Of a stretch of DNA of 64,000 bases, positions 9,967 through 21,100 are shown piece after piece; the stretch's first letter is position 1; each line of letters starts with the position of its first letter. A model generated the notes under the pieces. It searched no databases. It saw only the letters and a list, made by a program, of their open reading frames with translations, and had not been told where the DNA came from. Origin of the DNA: Bacteroidales bacterium (lineage in GTDB: Bacteria; Bacteroidota; Bacteroidia; Bacteroidales; DTGW01); assembly GCA_035374585.1 (NCBI GenBank), contig DAOSPF010000002.1:565-64564 (forward strand), read 5' to 3'. A program made the translations under genes and the position numbers.

Positions 9967-11499
9967 ATGGAAGGAAAGAAAGTACGTGTACGATTTGCTC
10001 CCAGTCCTACCGGGCCTTTACACATTGGAGGCGTTCGCACCGCGTTATACAATTATTTGTTTGCCAAAAAATATGACGGAGATTTTCTTTTACGTATAGA
10101 AGATACAGATTCGAACCGTTTTGTGCCCGGAGCAGAAGAATACATAGTGGATTCACTCAGATGGTGCGGCATTGAGTTTACTGAAGGTGTTGGAATTGGA
10201 GGCCCTCATGCTCCGTACAGACAGAGTGAGCGTAAAGATATATATTTAAAGTATGCTCTACAGCTTGTTGAGAGCGGAAATGCTTATTATGCTTTTGATA
10301 CCTCAGAAGAGCTTGATAACCTTCGTAAATCGCAGGAAGCTAAAGGTATGGCGTTTACTTATAATTATGAAGTACGTACCAGGCTTAAAACATCTTTAAA
10401 CCCGGAATATGCAGACTATCAGGAACGCATAAAAAAAGGCGAACCTTGGGTTATTCGTTTTAAGATGCCTGTAAATCAAAATGTACACATGAATGACCTT
10501 ATCAGGGGCGAAGTAATTGTCAATACTTCAGCGCTTGACGATAAGGTATTGTTTAAAAGCGCTGACGGACTGCCAACATATCACCTGGCCAATGTTACAG
10601 ACGATTACCTGATGAGAATAACCCATGTCATCAGGGGCGAGGAGTGGTTGCCTTCATTGCCTTTGCATGTATTGCTTTACAAATCTTTTGGTTGGGAATC
10701 AAAAATGCCTTTATTTGCGCATCTTCCGTTGCTCCTTAAGCCTGATGGCAAAGGGAAACTTAGCAAACGCGATGGCGACAGGTTAGGTTTCCCTGTATTT
10801 CCTAAACATTGGGATGATCCGGCTACAAAAGAGCTGGTAAAGGGTTACGATGATTATGGTTTCCTTCCTCAAGCGTTTATCAATTTTCTTGCTTTACTTG
10901 GTTGGAATCCTGGTACAGAGCAGGAAATATTTAATATAAATGAGTTGGCAGATGCTTTTTCATTAGACAAGGTTAGTAAAGCTGGTGCTAAATTTGATTT
11001 TGAAAAAGCTAAATGGTTTAATCATCAGTATATCCAAAAGCTTACCAATAAGCAATTAGCTGAAATGATATGTAGCGTTTTGGATGAAAAAGGGATTAAA
11101 TGCGAAATGTCTTATTTAGCTGATATTTGTGGGCTTGTTAAGGAGAGAATGTTTTTTCTCAATGATTTTTGGGCCAATGCCTACTTTTTCTTCCAGTCCC
11201 CTGAAGGGTACGATGCTGAGGCAGTAAAAAAACGCTGGAAAGACAATGTTCCCGAATTGTTAAAAGACGTTAAGGCTGTGTTATCCGATATCAGCCATTT
11301 TGAGGCAAATAGTATCAATGATACTTTGCATCATCATGTTGAAGCTAAGCAGATTTCTATGGGGGTATTGATGAATGCTTTGCGTATATGCATGGTTGGG
11401 GCTTCTTTTGGCCCAGATTTGCCGTTAATTATGGAAGTTGTTGGCAAAGAAGAAACATTACGACGAATAGACAAGGCTTTAAACGAAATAAAGTTATAA
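9967..11499 (+). CDS. gltX: glutamate--tRNA ligase
   Basis: RFAPSPTGPLHIGG (HIGH) and KLSKR (KMSKS) motifs. Start set at MEGKKVRVRF. Confidence 0.95.
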   Translation: MEGKKVRVRFAPSPTGPLHIGGVRTALYNYLFAKKYDGDFLLRIEDTDSNRFVPGAEEYIVDSLRWCGIEFTEGVGIGGPHAPYRQSERKDIYLKYALQLVESGNAYYAFDTSEELDNLRKSQEAKGMAFTYNYEVRTRLKTSLNPEYADYQERIKKGEPWVIRFKMPVNQNVHMNDLIRGEVIVNTSALDDKVLFKSADGLPTYHLANVTDDYLMRITHVIRGEEWLPSLPLHVLLYKSFGWESKMPLFAHLPLLLKPDGKGKLSKRDGDRLGFPVFPKHWDDPATKELVKGYDDYGFLPQAFINFLALLGWNPGTEQEIFNINELADAFSLDKVSKAGAKFDFEKAKWFNHQYIQKLTNKQLAEMICSVLDEKGIKCEMSYLADICGLVKERMFFLNDFWANAYFFFQSPEGYDAEAVKKRWKDNVPELLKDVKAVLSDISHFEANSINDTLHHHVEAKQISMGVLMNALRICMVGASFGPDLPLIMEVVGKEETLRRIDKALNEIKL

Positions 11500-11508
11500 A
11501 TCTATACA

Positions 11509-12147
11509 ATGGTGCGGTTTTTATATAGTGCCATTTTTGTATTTGTTTTTTCATGTGCTGTTGCACAAGAATGTCAGATAGTTGCCTCGGGTGGAATGGC
11601 CTACAGGCTTTTTGTCATTCCCGACAGTCTTTCGGCTGCTGAGGCTAAACATCAGAAAGATTTAAAACCAGGTAATAGCTTTGGTTTTGATGTCATTTTT
11701 ATGTATGAGCAAACGGGCTGGGGAATTGGCTATTCTACTTTCAGAGGTAGAAAAAGTTTATATAATGAAGAAGGAAGCTCTTTGACTGCTTTGCCTTCGT
11801 ATGACCAAGTGGTTGTGAATTTTTTCAGCCTCAATTATTATTTGCGTAAATCTGTTTTTTCTGAAAAGCTTTTTTTGAATGGGAAAATAGGGCTTGGGTA
11901 TGTTGCATATAAGGATTACTGCCGGGAGGGAGGAGAAGAATATACCAAAACTTCCGGTACTTATGGCATAAGTTCATATATTGGGCTTTCATATATGGTT
12001 TCCAAACATTTTTTGGTAGGGGCCAATTTGGGGCTTTTTATTTCTAATACTGATAAAATCAAAGTTGATGGGGTAGAGCAAGCGCTTTCATCAAAGCTGC
12101 GTTTAACTCGAGTGGAGTCTAATGTTTGTTTAGGATACATTTTTTAA
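11509..12147 (+). CDS. hypothetical outer-membrane beta-barrel-like protein
   Basis: Signal peptide, alternating aromatic/Gly beta-strand pattern, C-terminal ...CLGYIF. Confidence 0.45.
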   Translation: MVRFLYSAIFVFVFSCAVAQECQIVASGGMAYRLFVIPDSLSAAEAKHQKDLKPGNSFGFDVIFMYEQTGWGIGYSTFRGRKSLYNEEGSSLTALPSYDQVVVNFFSLNYYLRKSVFSEKLFLNGKIGLGYVAYKDYCREGGEEYTKTSGTYGISSYIGLSYMVSKHFLVGANLGLFISNTDKIKVDGVEQALSSKLRLTRVESNVCLGYIF

Positions 12148-12152
12148 AAAAG

Positions 12153-12181
12153 AAAAGCGGCTATTACCGGGCCGCTTTTTT
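12153..12181. terminator. bidirectional rho-independent terminator
   Basis: aaaagcggc-tattaccgg-gccgctttt: 9-bp stem flanked by an A-run and a T-run, between convergent genes. Confidence 0.7.
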
Positions 12182-12189
12182 AAATACTG

Positions 12190-13101
12190 TTAATATAAAC
12201 CTTCTATTGATAAGTATCTTTCGCCGGTGTCATAGCTGAAAGTTAATACTCGACTGCCTTTAGGTATTTCAGGGAGTTTTTTGGCAACTGCAGCAAGCGA
12301 TGCCCCTGATGATACTCCTACAAACAATCCTTCTTCTAATGCTGCTCTTCTGGCGTATTCGTATGCTTCGTCCTTGGTGATGCGGATGACCCCGTCAAGA
12401 ATATTGGTGTGAAGGTTCTGTGGTATAAACCCTGCCCCAATGCCCTGAAGTGGGTGAGGACTTGGCTGTCCACCACTAATAACAGGAGAAGCATCAGGCT
12501 CTACTGCAAAAACCTTTAAGTTTGGGAATTTAGCTTTCAAAGTTTCGGAAACGCCGGTAATATGGCCTCCAGTGCCTACACCTGTTATTAAATAATCAAT
12601 ACCCTCAGGAAAATCGTTGATAATTTCCTGTGCTGTTGTGCGTTTATGGGCTTCAATGTTAGCTTCATTGCTGAATTGGTCTGGCATCCATGCATTAGGA
12701 GTTGAAGAAACAAGTTCTTTAGCTTTTTCGATAGCTCCACGCATTCCTTTTTCACGCGGGGTAAGCTCAAATTGGGCCCCATAAACAGCCATTAACCTTC
12801 TGCGTTCGATACTGAATGATTCGGGCATCACCAAGATGAGTTTGTATTTTTTTACGGCAGCAACCAAAGCTAACCCAATTCCTGTATTCCCGGATGTTGG
12901 TTCAATAATGACGCTTTCGGGTTTAAGTATCCCTTTTTTTTCGGCATCTTCTACCATTGCAAGGGCAATACGGTCTTTTATTGACGAACCCGGATTGGTC
13001 TTTTCTACTTTTACCCATACTTCATGGTTTTTGCCATACAAACTGTTAACCCTCACGTGAGGGGTGTTACCGATGGTTTCTAAAATGCTTTTTGCTTTCA
13101 T
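12190..13101 (-). CDS. cysK: cysteine synthase A (O-acetylserine sulfhydrylase)
   Basis: NPGSSIKDR (PLP lysine), TSGNTG and GTGGHITG motifs. ATG at 13101 preferred over the GTG at 13110. Confidence 0.9.
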   Translation of the reverse strand: MKAKSILETIGNTPHVRVNSLYGKNHEVWVKVEKTNPGSSIKDRIALAMVEDAEKKGILKPESVIIEPTSGNTGIGLALVAAVKKYKLILVMPESFSIERRRLMAVYGAQFELTPREKGMRGAIEKAKELVSSTPNAWMPDQFSNEANIEAHKRTTAQEIINDFPEGIDYLITGVGTGGHITGVSETLKAKFPNLKVFAVEPDASPVISGGQPSPHPLQGIGAGFIPQNLHTNILDGVIRITKDEAYEYARRAALEEGLFVGVSSGASLAAVAKKLPEIPKGSRVLTFSYDTGERYLSIEGLY

Positions 13102-13304
13102 ATTTATCACGTTTTAAAATTTTCAGGAAGTAATTTCTTTAACAAAGGTAGTTTTTATTTGAGAGAAAACAAATTTATTTTCAACTTTTTGTTGTTTTAT
13201 TTTATTGAAAATAAATAATATAAGTGATTATCAATGTTTTATATTTTTTTAATCATATAGGAAAAATAGGAATAATAACTTTTAAAAAATATTGATACAG
13301 AGTA

Positions 13305-13778
13305 TTGGAAAATAGTTTACTTTACAATAAAAAAGTCGTGAATAAAATAATATATATATTTTCTCTTTTAGCTTTTTTAGCTGTTTCTTGTACTTCTCCG
13401 GATATTGAAGTGGTTGGTATTACCGATATTAGCGTAAGCGAGTTGTCATTTACCCAGGTAAAAGGCAAAGTAGGAATAGAAATTGATAGTAAAAGTATGC
13501 TAAGCTATACAATAGATAGTAGTGACCTTGAGCTGTGGTTCGATAATAACAAGCTTGGAAAGATTACGCTTCTTGAACCTTTTGAAATTAAAGGTAACAC
13601 AAGTAAAACATACAATGTACCGTTTATTCTTAAGCCTGAAAATTTGAAGGCTGCTGTTACGGTTATTCCCAAGGTCTTAAAAGGCGATCAGCCTAAAGTT
13701 GCCATTAAAGGTTCGGTACAAGCAAAAACTTTGTTTTTGAAAAAGAAGATAAAATTTGAATCATTAATTAGTAAGTAA
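13305..13778 (+). CDS. lipoprotein with LEA_2/water-stress-like beta-sandwich domain
   Basis: Lipobox LAVSC. Repetitive beta pattern resembling LEA type 2. Start uncertain (TTG 13305 or GTG 13338). Confidence 0.45.
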   Translation: MENSLLYNKKVVNKIIYIFSLLAFLAVSCTSPDIEVVGITDISVSELSFTQVKGKVGIEIDSKSMLSYTIDSSDLELWFDNNKLGKITLLEPFEIKGNTSKTYNVPFILKPENLKAAVTVIPKVLKGDQPKVAIKGSVQAKTLFLKKKIKFESLISK

Positions 13779-13809
13779 TTTTTTACCTTTGCATGGCGAA
13801 TAAAAATGT

Positions 13810-14265
13810 ATGGCAAAGTTTAAATTGTTTATAACCTGCGTTTTGTGTTTTCTGATAACACATTTTTCTTTTTCGCAATCCCCAACTTCAGATATTTTTG
13901 GAATTGTTACATCAAAGGCGGGTAACGAGGGAACAATTAAAATCTTACAGAGTAACCAAATTAAAACCCTTGTCAATGCTTATGTTCAGAGCAAGCAAAG
14001 TGATGGTCTCATTGTTGGGTACAGAATTCGTATTTTTTCCAATTCTGGCCAATTGGCCCGCGGAAAAGCTGCAAGTGAACGAAGCCGTTTTATTTCGCTT
14101 TACCCAGACATTAATACATATCAAGAATACGAGGCCCCTAATTTTAAGATTTATGTTGGAGATTTTAGAAATAAACTGGAAGCCTTTAAAGCTTATCAAA
14201 AGATCTCGAAAGATTTTAAAAGTGCGTTTATTATATCTACACGGATAAATTTACCAAAACTATAA
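13810..14265 (+). CDS. SPOR domain protein
   Basis: Signal peptide plus C-terminal SPOR-like segment (YRIRIFSNSGQLARGKA...FKIYVGDFRNKLEAFKAYQKI). Confidence 0.7.
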   Translation: MAKFKLFITCVLCFLITHFSFSQSPTSDIFGIVTSKAGNEGTIKILQSNQIKTLVNAYVQSKQSDGLIVGYRIRIFSNSGQLARGKAASERSRFISLYPDINTYQEYEAPNFKIYVGDFRNKLEAFKAYQKISKDFKSAFIISTRINLPKL

Positions 14266-14281
14266 TAGAAGGGAATGCAAG

Positions 14282-16174
14282 ATGAGTGAATTGATAAAAC
14301 ATGAATGCGGAATTGCACTGGTAAGGCTTCTAAAACCGCTTGAGTATTATCAATTTAAATATGGGACCTGGCGTTATGGATTGCAAAAGCTTTATCTTCT
14401 TATGGAGAAACAGCATAATCGGGGGCAGGATGGAGCAGGGGTTGTAAGTCTTAAACTCGACCAAAAACCTGGTACTGACTATCTTCACAGGCAGCGTTCT
14501 AACGAGCCTCAGGCTATTGAGGCTATTTTCAGGGACATTTATAGCCAATATTCTAATATTGAAGACCGTTTGTTGTCTGACGCTGTTTGGGCTAAACAAA
14601 ACTTGCCTTTTGCAGGCGAAGTGTTTTTAGGACATCTGCGTTATGGGACATTTGGAGGTAGTAACATTGAGTTTGTCCATCCGGTAATACGTGAAAACAA
14701 CTGGCGAACCAGGAATCTTGCTTTGGCCGGGAACTTCAACCTTACTAATGTTGATGAAATTTTCAATCACCTGATAGAGTTAGGGCAGCACCCTAAAGGT
14801 TATTCTGATACTGTGACTATTTTAGAAAACGTTGGTCACTTTTTAGATATGGAAGTACAGCGTAAATTCATTTTGTTCAAGACCCAGGGATTTGAAAACA
14901 AAGAAATATCTGACCTTATAGCTGAGCATATTGATGTGGCTGCTGTATTGCGCGAGTCAAGTAAACGTTGGGATGGAGGGTATGCCATTGGTGGTATCAT
15001 TGGGCATGGCGACTGTTTTGTAGCCCGCGACCCGTATGGCATCAGGCCGGCTTTCTATTATGCTGATGATGAAATAGTAGTTGTGGCTTCAGAGCGTACG
15101 GTGATTCAAACAGTTATGAATGCCGAATATGAAAAAGTTCATGAAATAGATCCCGGGAAAGCATTGATTGTTAAAAAAAGCGGGTTTGTTTCGATAGAAG
15201 AAATAAGGCCATCAATGCCTCGTAAGGCTTGTTCGTTTGAAAGGATATATTTTTCGAGGGGTAGTGATAAAGATATTTATAATGAGCGCAAAAAGCTTGG
15301 CGAACTTCTTACCCCTGCTATTCTTAATTCGGTCAATGGCGATTTTGAAAATACTGTATTTTCATATATCCCCAATACTGCTGAGTCGGCTTTTTATGGT
15401 ATGGCCAAAGGTATTGAAGATCATATAAAGCAATATAAAAAAACAAAGATTCTTGAGCTTGGCCCAAAACTAACGCCTGAAGCTCTTGATAAAATTATGG
15501 CATTGCGTCCCCGAATAGAAAAAGTTGCCCACAAAGACATTAAGCTTCGTACTTTCATTACGCAAGATAAGGGCCGCGATGACTTAGTAGGCCACGTTTA
15601 CGATATTACTTATGGTACAATTAAAAAAGGCATAGATAACCTTGTAATTATTGACGATTCAATTGTCCGGGGCACAACATTGAAGCAGTCTATCATCCGT
15701 ATCCTTGACAGGCTTGGGCCTAAACGCATAGTTATTGTGTCATCTTCTCCGCAAATCAGATATCCAGATTGTTATGGAATAGACATGGCTAAGTTAGGCG
15801 ATTTTATTGCATTCAAAGCGGCAATAGCCTTACTTAAAGATTCTGGTAAGGAACATATTATCAACGAAGTGTATAAAAAAGCTAAATTACAACAGGGATT
15901 GCCCAAAGAAGAAATTGTCAACCATGTAAAGAGCATTTATGAGCCTTTTACGGATGAGCAGATTTCTGATAAAATAGCAGAACTCCTAACATCTTCAGAT
16001 ATCAAAGCCGAGATAAAGATTGTTTATCAAACTGTGGAGAATTTGCACAGAGCTTGTCCAAACCATGTTGGAGACTGGTATTTTACCGGGGATTATCCAA
16101 CACCAGGAGGAAACAAGGTTGTAAATACGTCTTTTATTAATTTTATTGAAGGTAAAAACCAGCGTGCATACTAA
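14282..16174 (+). CDS. purF: amidophosphoribosyltransferase (long Bacteroidota form)
   Basis: N-terminal nucleophile Cys (KHECGIA), glutamine amidotransferase class II region, PRTase motif (LVIIDDSIVRGTT). Confidence 0.9.
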   Translation: MSELIKHECGIALVRLLKPLEYYQFKYGTWRYGLQKLYLLMEKQHNRGQDGAGVVSLKLDQKPGTDYLHRQRSNEPQAIEAIFRDIYSQYSNIEDRLLSDAVWAKQNLPFAGEVFLGHLRYGTFGGSNIEFVHPVIRENNWRTRNLALAGNFNLTNVDEIFNHLIELGQHPKGYSDTVTILENVGHFLDMEVQRKFILFKTQGFENKEISDLIAEHIDVAAVLRESSKRWDGGYAIGGIIGHGDCFVARDPYGIRPAFYYADDEIVVVASERTVIQTVMNAEYEKVHEIDPGKALIVKKSGFVSIEEIRPSMPRKACSFERIYFSRGSDKDIYNERKKLGELLTPAILNSVNGDFENTVFSYIPNTAESAFYGMAKGIEDHIKQYKKTKILELGPKLTPEALDKIMALRPRIEKVAHKDIKLRTFITQDKGRDDLVGHVYDITYGTIKKGIDNLVIIDDSIVRGTTLKQSIIRILDRLGPKRIVIVSSSPQIRYPDCYGIDMAKLGDFIAFKAAIALLKDSGKEHIINEVYKKAKLQQGLPKEEIVNHVKSIYEPFTDEQISDKIAELLTSSDIKAEIKIVYQTVENLHRACPNHVGDWYFTGDYPTPGGNKVVNTSFINFIEGKNQRAY

Positions 16175-16175
16175 C

Positions 16176-18053
16176 ATGCAACGTTTTGTTGAAAAACTCG
16201 AAGCCCGGGGCGAACTCATCAGGATAAAAGAGTTTGTTGATCCAATTCTTGAAATTGCTGAATTTACCGATCGTATTTCAAAGATGCCTGGTGGGGGTAA
16301 AGCGATATTGTTTGAGAATACAGGTACGGCCTTTCCTGTGCTCACCAATGCAATGGGTTCTGATAAGCGTATTTGCGAAGCTCTTCATACTAAATCATTA
16401 GATGAGATTGGCCATAGAATTGATAAGCTGTTTCACATTTTTTCAAGCCCCAAAAATACCATTTGGCAAAAGCTAAGTCTGTTGCCTCAGCTTAAAGAAG
16501 TAAGTAATTGGATGCCCAGAAAAAAAAGAGGCAGAGGCGTTTGCCAACAGGCAGTGATGCAAGAACCTGATTTGTCAAAGCTCCCAATTCTCAAATGTTG
16601 GCCTGGCGATGGTGGTCGATTTGTAACATTGCCATTGGTTAATACTATTGACCCCGATAGTGGTATCAGAAATATAGGGATGTACCGTATGCAGGTTTTT
16701 GCAAAAGACAAAACCGGGATGCATTGGCATATGCACAAAACCGGGGCTCGTCATTACGAAGCTTATAAAAAAGCTGGGGAAAAAATGCCGGTAACTGTTG
16801 TACTTGGCGGAGACCCTGCTATTATTTATGCCGCAACTGCTCCACTTCCTGATAATATTGACGAATATATTCTTGCCGGGTTTCTTCAAAATAAGCCTGT
16901 AGAGTTGGTAAAATGCTTGACAAACGAACTCTGGGTGCCTTCAGAGGCAGACATTATCATCGAAGGCTATGTTGACCCCAAGGAAGAAAAACTTTGGGAA
17001 GGGCCTTTTGGCGATCATACCGGGTTTTATTCTGAGCCTGACTGGTATCCGGCATTTCATGTAACATGTATAACTCATCGTCGTGATGCCATATATCCTG
17101 CAACTATTGTAGGTGTCCCTCCGCAAGAAGATGCTTATATTGCAAAAGCTACAGAACGGATATTTTTGTCACCTATGCGATTTGCCCTTGCTCCGGAGGT
17201 TGAAGATATATACCTGCCAGCAGAAGGGGTTGCTCACAATTTAGCTATTGTTAAAATCAATAAGACATACCCCGGCCAGGCTTTCAAAGTGATGAATGCT
17301 TTATGGGGCGCAGGTCAGATGATGTTTAACAAAACCATGATTGTTACTGACGGCAATGTTGATATATTTAATCCAATAAGTGTATTAGAAGCTTGTGCTG
17401 AAAATGTTTTTCAGACACACCATATCTGTTTTCAGGAAGGACCGGCTGATATTCTTGACCATGCAGGTAAGGCATTTGGCTTTAGCGGAAAAATGTGTAT
17501 TGACGCTACCCGAAAAATGCCACAGGAAATCATAGCTCCGTTTGACAATAATGTTTATTCTGAAAAAGAGGCAGAAATATTCATTGATCAAATAAATAAT
17601 ATTGAAAATATATGCAGTGCCAACAGTTTAAAAACAAAAAATGGAAAAACCCTTGTGTTTGCTGGTTTTAAAAAAGAAACCCCCGGAGATGTAAGAACGT
17701 TTATCAGTAAATTAAAAAACAGTACATATTTACCATCTCTTTTGGGTATCATTCTTTTTGATAAAAATACTGTTCTGGGCCATTTTAGTTATTTGTCATG
17801 GTTGACTTTGTCAAATATTGATGCTACAAGAGATTGTTTTGTAGTTGAACATCAAAGAGGAATAACACTTATTATTGATGCTACCTCAAAGTCACTTGAA
17901 AAGGATAACTTCAACAGGCAATGGCCTGCAATAATCATGTCATCAGATGAAACCATAAAAAATATTGACAAAAAATGGTCAATCCTTACAAAGCTTCCTT
18001 TTGTTCATTCACCGACTTTATTGTCGAAAAAACAATCAGGAATACAGGAATAA
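16176..18053 (+). CDS. UbiD-family (menaquinone/ubiquinone-type) decarboxylase with C-terminal extension
   Basis: UbiD-like core (GMYRMQV, GGDP, EGPFGDHTGFY). ATG at 16176 follows the purF stop. About 150 extra C-terminal residues. Confidence 0.8.
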   Translation: MQRFVEKLEARGELIRIKEFVDPILEIAEFTDRISKMPGGGKAILFENTGTAFPVLTNAMGSDKRICEALHTKSLDEIGHRIDKLFHIFSSPKNTIWQKLSLLPQLKEVSNWMPRKKRGRGVCQQAVMQEPDLSKLPILKCWPGDGGRFVTLPLVNTIDPDSGIRNIGMYRMQVFAKDKTGMHWHMHKTGARHYEAYKKAGEKMPVTVVLGGDPAIIYAATAPLPDNIDEYILAGFLQNKPVELVKCLTNELWVPSEADIIIEGYVDPKEEKLWEGPFGDHTGFYSEPDWYPAFHVTCITHRRDAIYPATIVGVPPQEDAYIAKATERIFLSPMRFALAPEVEDIYLPAEGVAHNLAIVKINKTYPGQAFKVMNALWGAGQMMFNKTMIVTDGNVDIFNPISVLEACAENVFQTHHICFQEGPADILDHAGKAFGFSGKMCIDATRKMPQEIIAPFDNNVYSEKEAEIFIDQINNIENICSANSLKTKNGKTLVFAGFKKETPGDVRTFISKLKNSTYLPSLLGIILFDKNTVLGHFSYLSWLTLSNIDATRDCFVVEHQRGITLIIDATSKSLEKDNFNRQWPAIIMSSDETIKNIDKKWSILTKLPFVHSPTLLSKKQSGIQE

Positions 18054-18121
18054 ATGACAAATATTAATTTTTGTTAAAACCTTTTTGGTAATCATTAAAA
18101 GAAATGCTATTTTAGCCATTG

Positions 18122-21100
18122 ATGAGGGTTGTATTTGCAATATTGACCATACTTCTCTTTTTTGAGAATACATCTTTTTCGGCCAACAGGGTGTTAGGGT
18201 CGCGAACAGAGATGTACACCATTGAGAACGGGCTGTCTCAATCTTATGTCAACCATCTTTTTATTGATTCTCGTGGTTTTTTATGGATTTCAACTTATGA
18301 CGGGCTTAACCGTTTTGACGGGCTCAATTTTGTGGTCTATAAGCATAATCCTGTTGATACAAATTCATTGAGTGACAATTACGTGCGCCATGTATGCGAA
18401 GACAGGGATGGCAATATATGGGTAGCTACCAACAATGGCCTTAGCTGTTATCTTTTTTCAAAAGGTGTATTTGTAAATTATTACAACGATCCTCAATATG
18501 CTTCATCTATTTCTTCAAACAGCATATTTAATGTTTTTTGTGATAAAAATGATGTTATTTGGGCCAAAACTCTAACTTCACTTGAAAAATTTGATAAAAA
18601 GCAGCAAAAGTTTTATCATTATTATCATCATAATGATATTTTTAACCAAATTATTGATGACCGTAACTTTGACATTTTTGAAGATTCACGCGAAAAACTA
18701 TGGATAGCCACAAAAGATGGGTTGAGTTGTTTTGATAAAAGGTTAGAGCTATTTGAACATTTTACATCAACTCCATCTGATATAAAAACTATTAGCGACA
18801 ATAGGATCAGGAGTATATGTGAAGATTGCTTCGGCAATATTTGGGTGGGCACTGCCAACGGATTAAACAAGTTTGATATAAAACAAAGGCGTTTTTACAG
18901 AATTTATGCCGGCTCTGATAATGTTTCATTGATTAGCAATAAAATAAGTTCTTTATATACAGCAGATAAGAAAAAGATTTTTGTTGGAACAGAGACCGGG
19001 CTTTCAATTTTGAATATTAACAGTATGACATTTGCCAATTATCCTTTTTTTAATATTCAAAATAGCGAGGTCCCCTTATCCAACATAAAATCATTGTTGC
19101 TCGATAAAGCTAATAACCTTTGGATTGGCTGTCGTGAAGGACTTATTAAAGTTGATTTGAAGCCTCTTAAGTTTGGTTTGTTTCGGTCTTCAGGCGGGGC
19201 TTTTAGCGAGAATATCAGTTCTATTTATGCTCAAAGCAAAAACGATATATGGTTAGGAACTTGGAATAATGGGCTACTTAGGGTTAATCTGGGGGCAGAA
19301 GAACATTCCTCTTCTGTTAAGCCGGCAAAAAGATACTTTAGTAATACATCAATATACTCATTATATAAAGATAAAAATAATAAACTTTGGATTTCGACTG
19401 AAAACGGGCTTACTATATTTAACATAAAAACTAATACTTTTGAGCCTTTTAAGCCTAAAAACAAAATGCCTTATGGTTTTAGCAACGAAAAAATATATTG
19501 TTTTTACGGCGATGGTGACAAAATTTGGATGGGAACAAAAATGGGCTTATTGCTATTTGATAATAAATTCAATGAGGCTCATTTGTTTTCAAAAATACCT
19601 GACAGTACAGGAATACAAGTAAATTCTGCATATTGCCTTACAAAAGACAAGTCAGGGGCTCTTTGGATAGGCACCAATGACGGCCTGATTTGTTTTAATC
19701 CCGAAACAGGCGAATACAAAAAATACCTTTCAAGTCCTCATTACACTCAAAATGCCCTGTGCAGCAACACTATATATTCATTGTGTTTTACATCCAAAGG
19801 AGAACTTTGGATAGGGACCAACGCCGGATTGTGTAAATACAATGAAGAAAAGGACAATTTTATTATCTATTCAGAAGTAGATGGTTTGCCTAATAATACC
19901 ATTTATGCTATATTAGAAGATCAGAATAATAACCTTTGGTTAAGCAGCAATAAGGGAATAATTCTTTTAGAGCTGCCATTGGGGTCATTTACTTCATTTG
20001 ATCAGGCAGATGGCTTGCAAAGTTTTGAGTTTAACCATGCAGCAGCTTATAAAGACAATACTGGATGCCTTTATTTTGGCGGCATCAATGGGTTAAATTA
20101 TTTTTATCCCGATTCATTAAAACCCAACAAACACATTCCTTCGGTTCAGATCACCCTTGTTGAAATAATTGGCAATAGTATCAGGAGAATAAGCGCTCTT
20201 AGTGATGGAAAGCTTATCTCTATCCCTGCCAATACCAAACTTTTCACTATTAATTTTGCTTCGTTAGATTTTACATTTCCTTCAAATAATCAATACATGT
20301 ACAAGCTTTCTTCAAAAAAAAGCGAAGGCATGTGGATAAATAATGGAACAAAGAATTTTGTTCAATACTCAAACTTGCCTGAGGGGCGGTATTATTTCAG
20401 GGTAAAAGGGTCAAACAGCGATAAGGTCTGGAGTATCAATGAATATTCACTTATTTTACAGGTTGAAGCCCCCTGGTACAAAAGAAAGATTGCCTATTTC
20501 TTTTATTTTCTGCTTTCTGCATTATTGGTTTATGGTACGGTGCAACTGCGTACGCGCAAACTTATCAAAACCAATAAAGAACTTATTGATAAAGAAAAGA
20601 TAGCTCAGAAAATTGCCCGACAAAAAGAAGAGCTTACCTTGAAAAACAAGAGCATCACAGATAGTATAAATTATGCTAAGCGTATTCAGGAGGCTATGAT
20701 GCCTTCAGATAAATATCTGAAACGCATATTGCCCAATTCATTTTTATTTCATAAACCCAAAGACATTGTTAGTGGCGATTTTGCCTGGGTTAGCGAACGC
20801 GATGGTAAAGTATTGGTTGCAGCTGTTGATTGTACAGGTCATGGTGTTCCTGGAGCTTTTATGTCTATCTTGGGGATAGAGCTTTTTAGAAATATTCCAA
20901 ACCTGTCATGGAAATCGCCGGGGGCCATATTGAAGCAAATAAACGATGAGTTTGTGCACATTTTTAGCGACATGGAAGATGTTAGCCTCCGCGATGGTAT
21001 GGATGTAGCTCTTTGTATTATTGATAAGAAAAATTATACAGTACATTTTGCCGGTGCGGTAAATCCGCTTTATCTTGTTACGGGGGACAAACTGGAAGAA

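Noticed and set aside
16146-16175. Longer start of the UbiD-like ORF overlapping the purF 3' end
   Set aside because: The ATG at 16176 directly follows the purF stop, and the family-like sequence begins there (MQRFVEKLEARGELIRI).
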